Source: Candidatus Marinacidobacterales bacterium (GTDB lineage: Bacteria > Acidobacteriota > Vicinamibacteria > Marinacidobacterales > SMYC01). Taken from it: DNA of 64,000 nucleotides. A program made the translations under genes and the position numbers. This document shows, one piece after another, positions 1-11,119 of the stretch (position 1 is the stretch's first letter; the number at the start of each line of letters is the position of its first letter). The stretch lies in contig OZ250169.1 in assembly GCA_965237955.1 (NCBI GenBank), positions 256,001 to 320,000 on the forward strand, given 5' to 3'. The notes under the pieces were generated by a model that saw only the letters and a program-made list of their open reading frames with translations, did no database searches and was not told the DNA's origin.

Positions 1-207
1 GGCATCCCCGAACTCGTCGAGAACGAGCAGACGGGCTTTCTCGTACCTCCTGGAGACGAGGACGCTGTCGCCGAGCGCATCCTGTGGCTGTTCGAGCATC
101 CGAGAGAGGCCGAAGCGATGGGCGCCCGAGGCAAGCAATTGGCGAAAAATCTCTACTCCACCGAAAGCTACATCGAAGGCTACCGAGCGTTGTTCCAGGC
201 GTCTTGA
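1..207 (+). CDS. GT4 glycosyltransferase, C-terminal part (runs off window start)
   Basis: Frame 1 reads GIPELVENEQTGFLVPPGDEDAVAERI...GYRALFQAS*, a typical GT4 C-terminus; stop at 205-207. Confidence 0.8.
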   Translation, partial: GIPELVENEQTGFLVPPGDEDAVAERILWLFEHPREAEAMGARGKQLAKNLYSTESYIEGYRALFQAS

Positions 208-1342
208 AGAAGTTGTGCCGTACGCGCGACCATCTTCTCCCACGTAAAATCTTCCACGCGTCGTTTGCCTCTTGCGCCGAGGCGTGCTCGCAGCGACGGA
301 TCGGCGAGAAGCTTTCGGATGGCGGCTTCCGCCCCTCGTGGATCCGGCGACACCAGGAGTCCGCTGTCGGCGTCTCCGACGAGCTCGGGGTTACCCCCGC
401 AGCGAGATGCGACGACGGGAAGCTCCGATTGCATCGCTTCCAACAACAGATGCGAAAAACCTTCATGGGTGGACACCAGCACGAACACGTCGCTGGCGCA
501 GAGATGCATCGCGAGGTCGGTCGGCGCGCGCGCGCCCAAGAGCTGAACAGCGTCGTCGAGCTTGAGCTTTTGGACGCGCTCAAGGAGAGCTGTCTCGCAC
601 GGTCCCGAGCCGGCGATCAGAAGGCGTGCGCGTGGATGATCTCGCAAGATCGCCGGCATTGAATCGATGATGTGCTCGTACCCTTTCCACGGCACCAGTC
701 GGCCGGCGCTGATCAGAATCGGATCTCCGTCGAGCTCTAGCCGCGCGCGCGCGTCTTCTCGAGTCAGGCGCGTTTCCGGCTTGGGCCGGGCGCCGTTCTC
801 GATGACGTGGACCCGCTCGCTAGGAACGCCCCAACCGATGACAAGATTCTTCAGATAGTGCGACGGGGTGATGACGGCGCCGGCGCGGCGGGCGACGAAA
901 CGCTGGGCTTTCCGCATCGATTCCACTAGCGTTCCGTAGCGCTTCGTTTGGAAGTCGTCGACGTCGTCATCGACGATGCCGTCGGCGCGGCCGATCTCCC
1001 ACGCGAGGTCGCCGACGACTTTGAGTACGGTAGGCTTTCGCCGTGAGAGCGCTGCGAGCGTAGCCGGTAGGCCGACGCTAACCGGATCTTGAATGTAGGC
1101 GAGGTCGGCTCGTGCGAGCGCTTTCCGCACCGACACGAAATACGACCCGTAGCGTTGCGGCAAGCTTTGATTCCGGGAGACGCGGGCCACCGAAAACATG
1201 ACCTCGTCGGAAGACGCCTCTCCATAGGTGACCACCTCGACGCCAAAGCTCGTTTACAAAGCTCGGGAGCCAAACCTGCCACGTACGTGGCCGGCCCCCC
1301 GATATCCGGAGGAAAGATGCCCGTCGCGAGAAGGAGATTCAT
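180..1342 (-). pseudogene. GT4 glycosyltransferase, frameshifted near 1240
   Basis: N-terminus MNLLLATGIFPPDIGGPATY is in one frame; the rest (GRLVPWKG, EGFSHLLLEAM EX7E motif) is in another. Confidence 0.8.
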
Positions 1343-1345
1343 GGC

Positions 1346-2476
1346 TCAGAGTAGCTCCTCGTACACCGCAGCGATCCGATCGGCCACCTGGTCCCAACGG
1401 TAGCGCGCTTGCACGAGGCGAAGCCCTCCGACGCGCAGATTTTGAGAAAGAGCGTGGTCGGTGAACAAGCGCCCGATGGCGCCGGCTACGCTTTCAGGAT
1501 CGTTAGGCTTGCAGAAAAGCCCGGTCACTTCGGGATCGAGAAAGTCGGGGATACCTCCCACCGGTGTCGCTACGACAGGAACTCCCGACGCCATCGCTTC
1601 GAGAAAAGCACTGCCGAGCCCTTCGCTACGCGATGGCCGCACGAACGCGTGGGCCAGCCGGAGATAGTCGGCCGTCTCCTCGTGAGGCACCTCACCTACG
1701 AGTACGACGGCGTCGCTCACACCGAGCTCGTCCGCTTTGCATTCGAGATGCCGCTTTTCCAGGCCGGTGCCGACGAGCACGAGCGCGACGTCGGGATGCT
1801 CTCGTCGCAGCCGGGGCATCGCCTCCACGAGAGTGTCCAACCCGTTTTTGGGAACGAGACGCGACACTGAGACGACGACGCGCTTTCCATCGAGACCCAA
1901 CCGGGTCCGAAGCTTTGCGCTCGCGTCACTTTCGCCGGGGCGGAAGACTTCGGTATCGACACCGTTCGGGATCACCCGGATGGTCTCGGTGTCGGCGCCA
2001 TAGGTGATCGCTTGTTGTTCGAGAAAACGGCTGATCGCGTGGATCCGATCGAACGGACGGTGCAACCGCGGATAGACCGGGAACAGCAGCCGCAAGTACT
2101 CTCGGGCGTAGTCTTCGGTGTCGCCTTCTTGGAGGGTCAGAAGCGTGGGCACGCGTTTCATCTTCGAGAACAAATACGCTGCCACCGCTGACGCGTTCAC
2201 CATGATCGCGTGAACGAGATCGACGTGCTCGGACGCGAGCGCCCATTTGAGAGCGAACAGTGGATACATGAATTTGTCGGAGCGATTGCCGAGGCCGACA
2301 CGCACGACGCTCACGCGCTCGCTCTCGTCGATTGCCGCCAACTTGCGGTCGGCTCGCGCAGTTACGATCACAAAGCGGAAGCGGTAGCCGAGCCGGTCGG
2401 TAATCGCTTTGACGAAGAGCTCGGCGCCGCCGATGAACGGAAGGTAGAACCAGCTGAAGATGACGATCGTCTTCAT
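1346..2476 (-). CDS. GT4 glycosyltransferase
   Basis: 376 aa; PFIGGAE, VIPNGVD, SRLVPKNG, EGLGSAFLEAMASG. Confidence 0.9.
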   Translation of the reverse strand: MKTIVIFSWFYLPFIGGAELFVKAITDRLGYRFRFVIVTARADRKLAAIDESERVSVVRVGLGNRSDKFMYPLFALKWALASEHVDLVHAIMVNASAVAAYLFSKMKRVPTLLTLQEGDTEDYAREYLRLLFPVYPRLHRPFDRIHAISRFLEQQAITYGADTETIRVIPNGVDTEVFRPGESDASAKLRTRLGLDGKRVVVSVSRLVPKNGLDTLVEAMPRLRREHPDVALVLVGTGLEKRHLECKADELGVSDAVVLVGEVPHEETADYLRLAHAFVRPSRSEGLGSAFLEAMASGVPVVATPVGGIPDFLDPEVTGLFCKPNDPESVAGAIGRLFTDHALSQNLRVGGLRLVQARYRWDQVADRIAAVYEELL

Positions 2477-3609
2477 GGTTCGGTCGACGTGGTCTCGAGG
2501 ATCGTCACGAGCTCTTTGGCGAGCTCGTCCATGCGGTAGTGATCGTGGATAACTTGCCGGGCTCGCTCGCCCAGGCTCCGCCTGAGCTCACCGTCGTTCA
2601 CAAGCTTTTCGAGCGCTTCCTCGAGTGCTTTGGGATCCCCCGGCGGCACGAGCAACCCCGCCTCGCCGGGCGATTCGCTGAAAAGATAGGGGATACCGCC
2701 GACCTCTGTGGCCACGCACGCGCACCCGGACGCCATCGCTTCCATGAGTCCGCTCGGAAGTCCTTCGGACAACGAAGCGAGGACGAAGACGTCGACCTTC
2801 ACTAGGATACCGGGAACGTCGTCACGGTGCCCGAGAAAACGGATGCGAGGACTCTGGTAGCGCTCGACGACATCGTCCTTACCGGTGACGTCGCCCACGA
2901 AAATAAAATGCACGTTCGCGTGGCGCGCGGTTAAAGTTGCGGCCGCGCCGAGGATGAAGTCATACGCTTTGACCGACTCCAGCCGGCCCACGTACGCGAC
3001 CCAGATCGCGCCGTCCTCTTTCTCCAGGTCCGCAGGCGGCCTCGGACTCTCGTAGCGATGCATCTCGACGCCGTACGGGTGCACGACAAAACGAAGGCCC
3101 ATCCGCTCCGCCGTCGGCACCAACCCTCGGTGCAACAGAACGACGTGATCGGCGAGGCGAAGCACCAAGAACCCAACGGTGCGCGCGTACACCCATAGCA
3201 CCGCGTTGACGAGTCGTGAACGACTGAACCAGTCGATGCCGGGAAACGTGTCGGTGACGACAACGACGCGCTTGCCCATCGCTTTCAGCAAAACCACCGC
3301 GAGCGACGCGTGGTACATGTGGGTGAACACGAGAAAATGCGTCGGTGCCTCCTGTAGAACGACTTTCCACAGACGCGCCGACAAGAACGGGATGATCCCG
3401 AAGTTGGCAGGGTCGGGGATGAACAAGTCGCTGTAGCGGTAGATTTTCAGATGAGAGCCCACCTTTTCGAGGAACGGCTGGCCTTCGGAGCGCGCCGTGA
3501 ACACGATGACGTTGACGCCGATACGGGCCAAGCTGTGCGCGGTCTTGTAAGCGCTGATGTTCCACCGGTGGGGCTCGAAGAAGTAGGGTGTAACGAGCAA
3601 GATTTTCAT
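2473..3609 (-). CDS. GT4 glycosyltransferase
   Basis: Start MKILLVTPYF at 3609; GRLESVKA, EGLPSGLMEAMASG; 4-bp overlap with the downstream gene. Confidence 0.9.
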   Translation of the reverse strand: MKILLVTPYFFEPHRWNISAYKTAHSLARIGVNVIVFTARSEGQPFLEKVGSHLKIYRYSDLFIPDPANFGIIPFLSARLWKVVLQEAPTHFLVFTHMYHASLAVVLLKAMGKRVVVVTDTFPGIDWFSRSRLVNAVLWVYARTVGFLVLRLADHVVLLHRGLVPTAERMGLRFVVHPYGVEMHRYESPRPPADLEKEDGAIWVAYVGRLESVKAYDFILGAAATLTARHANVHFIFVGDVTGKDDVVERYQSPRIRFLGHRDDVPGILVKVDVFVLASLSEGLPSGLMEAMASGCACVATEVGGIPYLFSESPGEAGLLVPPGDPKALEEALEKLVNDGELRRSLGERARQVIHDHYRMDELAKELVTILETTSTEP

Positions 3610-3663
3610 CGAAGGGGAAGCGTTGGGCACTAGCGCGAGCGGCGCCAATTGAAGCCCGCATCA

Positions 3664-4455
3664 TTAATTAGAGACTTGTCGCGTCGCCTTGGGGTGGTAC
3701 TCCCAATTCGGGATGGCGCAACTGATGTAGGTCGAGCCGTCGACGAGGCTCGCCAGCGGAGGGACCCTGTTGAAGAGGCTGAAGGGGCCGGGAAACGACG
3801 GCGTGACCTCGATGGTCTCGAATCCGGCTCGCTCACACGTGAACGCGACCGTCGACGGTGTGAACGCATTGATGTGGTCGCTCGCCAAATAGCCGACGAA
3901 GTATCTTCCGATCCACGGAAGCCGGTGGAGAGCGAGACCGCCGACGGACGAGATCGCCGGCACGAACAGAACCAAGAGTCCGCTCGGCTCGAGAAGCTGG
4001 TGGACTTTGCGCAGGAACTGATGAGGCGATTCGACGTGCTCGAGCACCGCTCCACACCACACCAAACCGCTTCGACTTTGGGGAGGTCGAACACGTCGTT
4101 TCTGACGAAGTCGCGCTCGAACACGGTGAGCCCCAGCCTCTGCGGGAAGTCGGACTCTCGGTCGTCGAACTCCACCCTGTAGGCATCCTCGTGGCAGTGC
4201 ACCAAGTTCATCCCGTAGCTACACCCAAGATCGCAAAGCCGGAGCCCGGTGAGACCGTATTTGCGGTCGGCCTCTTTGAAAAACGTGTCGGGGGGCGGTT
4301 TTGAACCATTTCTCGAAGATGCGCTCGTTCCCCGCGGAATCGAAGCTCCCATGGTGGTCGATGACGAAGCGCCGAAGCGCGTTCTCGCCTAGAGCAGCTT
4401 GGGACCGCGCGGTCTCGGTGCTAGCGGGCGGCGTGGATACTCGGGTCGAAGTCAT
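3664..4455 (-). pseudogene. class I SAM-dependent methyltransferase, multiple frameshifts
   Basis: LCDLGCSYG motif in one frame; VLEHVESP...LEPSGLLVLFVP in another. Confidence 0.7.
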
Positions 4456-4539
4456 AGCATGAACACGCTTTGCTCTTCGAGGTTGCTTGTAACGTCACGG
4501 ATTGTAGCATACTCTTTTTGATCGCGTTCAGCCCCAAAT

Positions 4540-4690
4540 TGGCCGCCATGTACTCGAAGAGCTTCATCGGCGACATCGGCTCAGCCTAGTCAGCGGCATC
4601 GGGAAACGGCATCGCCGCAACGTCGAAGGCTCGGATCCAAAGAGGTACTTGCTCGTAGGGGACACGGTCGAAGAACAGCAGACGTTCGTC
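4540..4690 (-). pseudogene. GT4 fragment paralogous to 18248-19447, internal stop
   Basis: FFDRVPYEQVPLWIRAFDVAAMPFPDAAD*AEPMSPMKLFEYMAA closely matches the C-terminal part of the 18248-19447 protein. Confidence 0.7.
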
Positions 4691-4908
4691 CGCCACACCG
4701 TGTTCTCGCGCGACGCCGCGATAACTGTCGATGGCGCTCATCGGCCCCCCGTCAACGAGCTCTTGACCAACGGTTGCGATCCCGGCACGGTGGGACAGTA
4801 CCCGGACATGTACCTGCTGTGGGATCTAACGATCGCGATCCACTTGGAGTTCGACCGCGGCTTCCCCGAGATCCGTGACTGCTTTGATCCAGTGTTCGAA
4901 GAGGGCCA

Positions 4909-5487
4909 CTACGCCGTCTTTCGAATCAACCCACCGCAGTGACCTTTCTTGCCCGGATCGCCGCCAAGAACGACAACCCCGGAAAAGGCAATACCGCATC
5001 GAGCACGCCGACGAGCCAACCCCCACGACTGAGGATGGCGGTTCACCAACCGAAACGCGAGCGGAAGCGTCTGGAAAATGCCGCGCCGGGACTCGATGCG
5101 GAAGCCTGCCGCATGAAGAAGCTCTTCGTACTCCGCACGCGGCCGATCGCCGGGATGCCGGTGAACGGCGGATGTCCGCATCAGCTTGCCGGTGAACAAC
5201 AGCTTTAACCGGCTGTGCAAGTGCGCGAGGTTGGGCACGCTCATCAGCAGTACCCCGTCGTCCGTCAGCACACGGGCAACCTCCGAGAGGGCCTTCAGCT
5301 GATCGAGAAGCTCGACGTGCGCGAGTACATCAAGCAACAGCACGACATCGAAACGTCCGTCGTCGAACGGCAGCGCCCGAAGATAGGCTTTCTTCACCGC
5401 TTCCGACTCGTACGCCGTGTCGACGAGGGCTATGTGGGGTGGAGCGACCTGCCACACGTGTGGTGCTATCCGTGGGTGTTGCGGCAC
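4909..5487 (-). pseudogene. SAM-dependent methyltransferase (type 11-like) remnant
   Basis: LPFDDGRFDVVLLLDVLAHV...VARVLTDDGVLLMSVPN; N-terminal SAM-binding motif I not found. Confidence 0.65.
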
Positions 5488-5732
5488 GAGGTGGAAGCGG
5501 CCGACTACGAGATCCTTCGATTCAAGGCTCCCAGTATCCCCCGTGCCCTATCTCGCGTCGGTGCTGCCCGGCGCCCTTTGGATGCGGTCGCAGATGGACC
5601 GTCTGAGAGAGGCGTGCTTTTTTCGCTCTTTGGGTTACGGTAGCATCGTCGTCGCTCGCAAGCATCCATCGGAGAGTCCATGATGCGATGGCCTCTCGAA
5701 TGCGGCTCCGCCGATAGGCTCGAACGGTAACG

Positions 5733-6430
5733 ATGAGCCCGCTCCTGCTGCTCATCTGGGGAGTGGCCTTGCTTTTCGTACCGGGCTATCTCATCGCTTT
5801 TTGTTTCGCCAAACCTGGAGAAACCCGTGGTCGCGGCGAGATTGTGGCCTTCGCCATCGCGTGGGGCGCGGGTTGGCTGACGCTGCTCGGCATCGTCCTG
5901 CGCGCGTTGAATCTTCTATCGGCGGGCTGGCTCGTGGGCGTTACGATCGTCTTCGTCGCCCTCACGGCCTATTGTCTTCGGCGACGCGCACCACGCGCGC
6001 TTCGACCCGCAGGGACGCTTTTTTTGGCTCTTCCTGATTGCCGTCCTCGCTTATGAGGCATCCATGCTGTGGGAAGTGAGGGACAACACCTTCGGTACGG
6101 ACAGCTATTACTGGGCCGGGGCGGCGACGCGGCTAGCGAGCGAGACACCTGTTGGCGTTGACGCCGCCTATCCCATCTTTCGATCGAACCCCACGGGCTA
6201 CGCCTATCTCCTCGCCACGGCCGCCGCCATCGTCCCGGATCTGTACGAGGGGGAAAACGTCATGGTCGTGGCGCTTTTTGGCAGCCGTCTCTCGAGAACC
6301 CTCGCCGCCGGCTCGGCCGCTCTTTTTACTTTGCTGGTTTTGATCGGGTAGTTACCTCAGGACTGGTACAAAAGCTCCTACGCTACTTGCCGGCTCATCG
6401 CTACTACACGTTCTATCCTCTGTCGGCGAT
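5733..6430 (+). pseudogene. polytopic membrane protein (GT-C-like N-terminus), frameshifted and truncated
   Basis: Hydrophobic LLFVPGYL... ORF 5733-6056 continues in another frame (GTDSYYW...PTGYAYL) at 6064-6351. Confidence 0.5.
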
Positions 6431-6449
6431 CGTCTAGCTCGCGGCGATG

Positions 6450-6740
6450 GCCGAGCACGAGGCGTTCCCGCACGTCCTACTGGAAGCAGCCATGGCGGAA
6501 GGCCTCGTCCCCCGGTGCGAATTCCGTCGGTGGCGTGCCGGAGATCGTCGATGACGGCGTCCACAGCCTCCTAGCACCGGTCGACGAGCCGGGACGTTTT
6601 CAGAAAAAGCCGTGTCGGATCTCCTGTCGGTTCGAAACGCCGTCAGCAGCTGTCGAGCCGTGCCAGAGAACGCGTGCGCGATTTCGACTGTGACGAGACG
6701 TTGAGAAGAACGATCGAGGTGCTCGAAGAGACCTTCTGAT
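6450..6740 (+). pseudogene. GT4 C-terminal remnant
   Basis: HEAFPHVLLEAAMA and GGVPEIVDDG motifs in shifted frames. Confidence 0.55.
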
Positions 6741-7005
6741 GACAGGCCGCTGATGAGCGCGTCCGCCGCGTGCCGAGCGGCAGCCATCGCATCTGCTGAG
6801 AGACCGGCCCAATCGTCCCGTTGGGGCTACTCGAAAGAATGAGATGTCGGCGGGCCGCTTCGAATGGCTGCTAACGCCGAAAATGGGGGACAGCACACCG
6901 AGCGAAGCCCTCAGCCGCCGAGCAGCGAGGAGCCGAGTTGAGATGATAAATGCCCGAAGCGCCGCACGTGAACGAGGAGTGGGCGCGCGATGATGCACTA
7001 GAAGC

Positions 7006-8688
7006 TTATTCGATCAGATAGATCGTCACCAGGCGGTTCTCGAACACCCGCTCGTAGCGTTGTTCCAATTCGAGCGTCTGGCGCGTGAGCCCGATGGCCG
7101 CCTCTAACTCATGGCTGTACACCACGTGTGTGACACGAAACGGCAGGCCGTCCTGACCATCGGGGGAGGAGAGCAGAGCGTCCAGATACTCTCGACCCTT
7201 CCGATAGGGCACGAGAACTTGACGGCCCGTCAGCGCCGGGACCCAAAACGCGGCGATGCCGTCCGCAACGAGCACGTCCGTACCTTTGGTCGCCTTGAGC
7301 ACCCAGTCTCGAAGCTCGACAACCGGGTCCGGCAACGGCTCTCGGGCAACGCGGAAATGCCCGTCCATGATCTCCGGATTGCGCCAGTACGGAGCGACGA
7401 GGGGCGTGACGACGAGGATCACCACGAGCGTCGACGCCGCGACCGACACGCTGGGCCGCGGCATCCGGGATGCGATGAGTTCGAGTAGCCGCCAGGCTCC
7501 CACTCCCGCCGCAACGGAGAGCACGAAGTCGAGAAAATAGTAGAACTCGTCTGCCTCTCGCGCCTGTGCGGTGAGATAGCCGACGTAGTTGACGCCCCAG
7601 AGCAGGTAGACCGAGAGGAGAAGTGCCAGCCACAACAGATCCCGCTTCAGACCCCCCCGCCACCAGACCGACGCCCCGACGATCGCCAGAAAGAAGAGGA
7701 GCGCACGGTCGAACGTGACCAGCAGCAGGAGTGAGCTTCCCACCGGGCGCATGTCACCCCAGGCGCTTCGGGAGGGCACCTCGGGATCGACCACCGTGGA
7801 GTCGATGCGGATGGCATGGGGGTGCTGTCGATAGATGATGGAAATGTAAGGGGCAACCGCGATGGCGCTCAATATCCAGAGAATCAGCACGCTCCGGAGC
7901 TCGCCGCCAGAGCTCTTCCTCTGTTGGAGAAAATGCAAAACGAGGTAGATGCCGAGCCCAAAGCAGAAAAACGCCCAGTGAACGATAAACGCCCAGCCGA
8001 GGAGTGACAGGAGAACCGCTGCCTTTGCGAGCCACAGCTTCCGCCGGCTGGCGATGCCCCCGATGAGCAGCGGAATGAAAACGAACCCGAGAGTGTGGTT
8101 CGGCTTCAGAAAGAAGTTCTTGGCGTAGAAGTCGCGAAAGGGAGCCAAGTAGTCGAGTGGCCCGCTCGACACCAGGAGAGCGAAGGCCACCACGACCAAG
8201 GCTCTGAGCTCGCTTCCGCTTTCTTCATCCTCCCGGCGTCGGAAGTGCAGAAAGAGCACCAATCCGAGCATCAGGGGAATGACGAGCGACACGAGGGCAT
8301 AGACCACCGGTGCAAACTCGGGGTGTCCGAAGCAGAGGCCTCCCGCCACCAGTGCCCACAAGGGCTCAAGGGTCACGTCTCCGACCCAGCCGGTGCTCAT
8401 GGGGGAATTACCGGCGGCCACGGAGGCGACCCAGCTGAGATTGCGCAGTCGATCGCCCGGCGCTTGGAGACCGTAGATCCGGGCCAGCGGATAGAACGTC
8501 GTGAGCCAGCCCACGACGACGAGCACCGCGATTCCCATCGCCAATATCGTCCAGCGCTTTTGACGGAAGAAGAGCAGAAAAGAGATCGTCACGACCCCGA
8601 TGGTCACCAGACGCATCGCCGCGACGAAGTTCGCCAGGTCGAGTTCGCTGATGTCGAAGCCGAAGAGATTCAAATCAGTTGCCCTCAA
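7006..8688 (-). CDS. polytopic membrane protein, GT-C-fold glycosyltransferase-like
   Basis: 560 aa with many hydrophobic segments and a soluble C-terminus (WVPALTGRQVL); lies in a glycan locus; true start may be disturbed by the adjacent IS6. Confidence 0.6.
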   Translation of the reverse strand: MRATDLNLFGFDISELDLANFVAAMRLVTIGVVTISFLLFFRQKRWTILAMGIAVLVVVGWLTTFYPLARIYGLQAPGDRLRNLSWVASVAAGNSPMSTGWVGDVTLEPLWALVAGGLCFGHPEFAPVVYALVSLVIPLMLGLVLFLHFRRREDEESGSELRALVVVAFALLVSSGPLDYLAPFRDFYAKNFFLKPNHTLGFVFIPLLIGGIASRRKLWLAKAAVLLSLLGWAFIVHWAFFCFGLGIYLVLHFLQQRKSSGGELRSVLILWILSAIAVAPYISIIYRQHPHAIRIDSTVVDPEVPSRSAWGDMRPVGSSLLLLVTFDRALLFFLAIVGASVWWRGGLKRDLLWLALLLSVYLLWGVNYVGYLTAQAREADEFYYFLDFVLSVAAGVGAWRLLELIASRMPRPSVSVAASTLVVILVVTPLVAPYWRNPEIMDGHFRVAREPLPDPVVELRDWVLKATKGTDVLVADGIAAFWVPALTGRQVLVPYRKGREYLDALLSSPDGQDGLPFRVTHVVYSHELEAAIGLTRQTLELEQRYERVFENRLVTIYLIE

Positions 8689-9341
8689 GGGCGAGATGAA
8701 AGAGGCTCCGATAGCCCTCGATATAGCGCTCCGTCAAATAGACGCCTTGCATCTCTCGCCGGCCCGAGGCTCCCATCGGTATTGTCAAGTTGACGTTGAG
8801 CGAGCGAACCTATCGCGTCGAGCTGACTTCCTTTGCTCTCGTCATGCGGCACACGTTACCTCCTGCCAGACGATGAAAGGGCGGTCTCGTAGCTCCCGAT
8901 GATGACGCGCTTGCAACAAATGCCGTCCGACGCGAAAGAGATTTTGCACGAGTCCATGCACGGTCAAGAATCGTTGCGCCTGCCCAGGAGCTTTAAACTT
9001 TCGCATCTGTCGTTCCCGTTGTCGCGTCGGCTCGTGCGAGACTTCGGCTAGGTTGTTTCTGTACTGGTCAGTGTCGTGGACGACGGACGGCATGACCTCG
9101 CGGTGAGCGGCGCTGTAGCTTCTCAGTTTGTCGGTGACCAGCTGCCAGGGCGGACGGCCTTGCCCCTTCAACAGCTTGCGGAAGAATCGTTTGGCGGCTT
9201 TCCGATCACGGCGAGGCTGGACGAGGATATCGATTACATCACCATCTTGGTCTACCGCGCGCCAGAGGTATTGGCGTTCACCTTGTATCTTTATGAAGAC
9301 CTCGTCTAGGTGCCACGTGTCACCGAGACGACCCTGACGAC

Positions 9342-10801
9342 GGGGATGTCCCGGCCGCTGTTGAATTTGGTCGGGTAGCGGCGGCACCTGTGAATACTCT
9401 TAGGCAGCAAACTCATCGCTGTCAAGAGGTTTCTGTTTGCTTCTAAGCGCGTGAACGAGAGCGCCCATATGGCGATAGCCTTTGATACGCCGGAACTCTT
9501 TCTGCGCGGTGACGACGCCAAGAGCGGTCCATCGGCGAACCATGGAAGGACTCTTCCAACGCTTGACGTTTCTCGATACTCTGCGAATGGTTCCGTTGAG
9601 ATTCTCAATGGCGTTCGTCGTGGCAAGAGACTGGCGAAGTAAGGCGGGCAGCGCGAGCTTCACGACCGTGAGTGTCTCTTCCATCCCTTCACGAAGGCTT
9701 CCGGCAGCTTCGTCGTAGCCGTTTCGCTCGAGCCACGACACCAATGCCTGAAGTCGCTTGCGCGCCTTGTCGGCACTCTTGCACTTGTAGGCTTCCTTCA
9801 TCGTCTGGAGCACGTAGGCGTGACGAGACTTGGGAAGGTACGAGCGAAGATTTCGGAGTTTATGGATCTGGCACCTTTGGATGACCGCGAGGTCCCCCAA
9901 AACGTCGACGAGTGCCTTGCGGATGCCTTTGCCTCCGTCCACTACGCAGAGAATCGACGCATCGACGCGCAAGCCTCGCTCGAGAAGGTCCTGCAACATC
10001 GCGGTGCACACCCGAGAGTTCTCCGTCGAGCCCAGCCATATACCCAGGGGCACCTTCGTTCCATCTATTGTGATACCGAGAGTTACGACGACGGTCTGTC
10101 CGGCCACCTCAAGGCCATCCAGCATCAGTGCCGCAAGCTCGAACCCCTCTAGCCGCCGAGACAGGTATTCCTCGAGCTTCTTAGTCGTCTGGCTCACGAG
10201 GTGACGGCTGGCGGCACTCTTACTTGTGCCACGAGACTTCAACTTGGCCGCGGGTTTGTCCAGACTCGATTCGTAATTTCGGGTCGATACCCCCACCAAG
10301 ATCTGATTCAACACTCGCTCTGGAAGCGGGTCTTCTTCGCGGAAGGCTTCGAAGTGTGGAAGCGACGCCTCCTCGCCCGACTTCGAGCGAACTCGAGGTC
10401 GCGACACTTGGATGCGACGACCACCGAAGCTCAGCTCTCCGTTCGTGCTCCCCCAGTGGTTATGAGTTCGCTCCTTCTCGTGCTTGCCCTTGAGCCCCGC
10501 GATCTCCTCGGCGTCCTCTCTGAGCAGTAGGTGCAGAGCTGTCAGTCCTTGCTCGTACACCCATTCCGTCAGACCCGCCTTCGTGGCCGCGATCCCAGCT
10601 ATCATCGGTAGCAGTATCTGACCGACTTGGCCAACTACCTTGCCCGTAGGCGAGTGCGTTTGCTTTCTTACTGGCTTCTTTGATTTCCTAGGCACTGGTG
10701 GCTCCTTGTCCCCCTCTGGAGACGGTTTATTGGCAGACCTATTCTTAGGCCGGCCAAGGAGCCGCCGCTACCCCAAATTCAACATCCGGCGGGACATCCC
10801 C
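9342..10801 (-). mobile_element. IS256-family element with 8-bp target duplication CTGACGAC
   Basis: IRs ggggatgtccc.../...gggacatcccc; ctgacgac at 9334-9341 and 10802-10809; removing the insert restores the IS6 frame LKRRQGRLG. Confidence 0.92.
9400..10695 (-). CDS. IS256-family (Mutator-type) transposase
   Basis: 431 aa; GVSTRNY, LMLDG, VVDGGKG, QRCQIHKLRN, TTNAIENLN. Confidence 0.93.
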   Translation of the reverse strand: MPRKSKKPVRKQTHSPTGKVVGQVGQILLPMIAGIAATKAGLTEWVYEQGLTALHLLLREDAEEIAGLKGKHEKERTHNHWGSTNGELSFGGRRIQVSRPRVRSKSGEEASLPHFEAFREEDPLPERVLNQILVGVSTRNYESSLDKPAAKLKSRGTSKSAASRHLVSQTTKKLEEYLSRRLEGFELAALMLDGLEVAGQTVVVTLGITIDGTKVPLGIWLGSTENSRVCTAMLQDLLERGLRVDASILCVVDGGKGIRKALVDVLGDLAVIQRCQIHKLRNLRSYLPKSRHAYVLQTMKEAYKCKSADKARKRLQALVSWLERNGYDEAAGSLREGMEETLTVVKLALPALLRQSLATTNAIENLNGTIRRVSRNVKRWKSPSMVRRWTALGVVTAQKEFRRIKGYRHMGALVHALRSKQKPLDSDEFAA

Positions 10802-11119
10802 CTGACGACGCTTCAGTCGCCGAGCGTATTCCGGCCCGAACTTAATGCACCACAGTCGGACCGCTTCGTAAGAAACCGTGATGCCTCGCTGAGCGAGCAA
10901 CTCTTCGACGTTTCGAAAGCTCACGCAGAATCGGTGGTAGAGCCAGACGGCGTGGCTGATGATTTCCGGTGGAAATCGATAGCCGTGGTAGCTTGGCGCA
11001 TCGGTCTTCATTGGACCATTCTGTCAGTCACCAGCTCAATTTGACAATACCGTTTTGACGATGCACATGTACGCTTTTGGACTATGATATGAACACCAAG
11101 AGATCATCTCAATTGTAAG

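Larger units (their letters stand above)
8778..11051 (-). mobile_element. IS6-family element interrupted by IS256
   Basis: IRs ggtattgtcaagttga (8778) and tcaatttgacaatacc (11036-11051); transposase halves 10810-11011 (YRFPPEIISHAVWLY) and 8842-9341 (WHLDEV...RAVDQDG). Confidence 0.92.

Noticed and set aside
11041-11088. IS6-derived hybrid promoter for the sulfotransferase-like gene
   Set aside because: TTGACA and TTGACG lie 36 and 22 bp from TATGAT, outside normal sigma70 spacing
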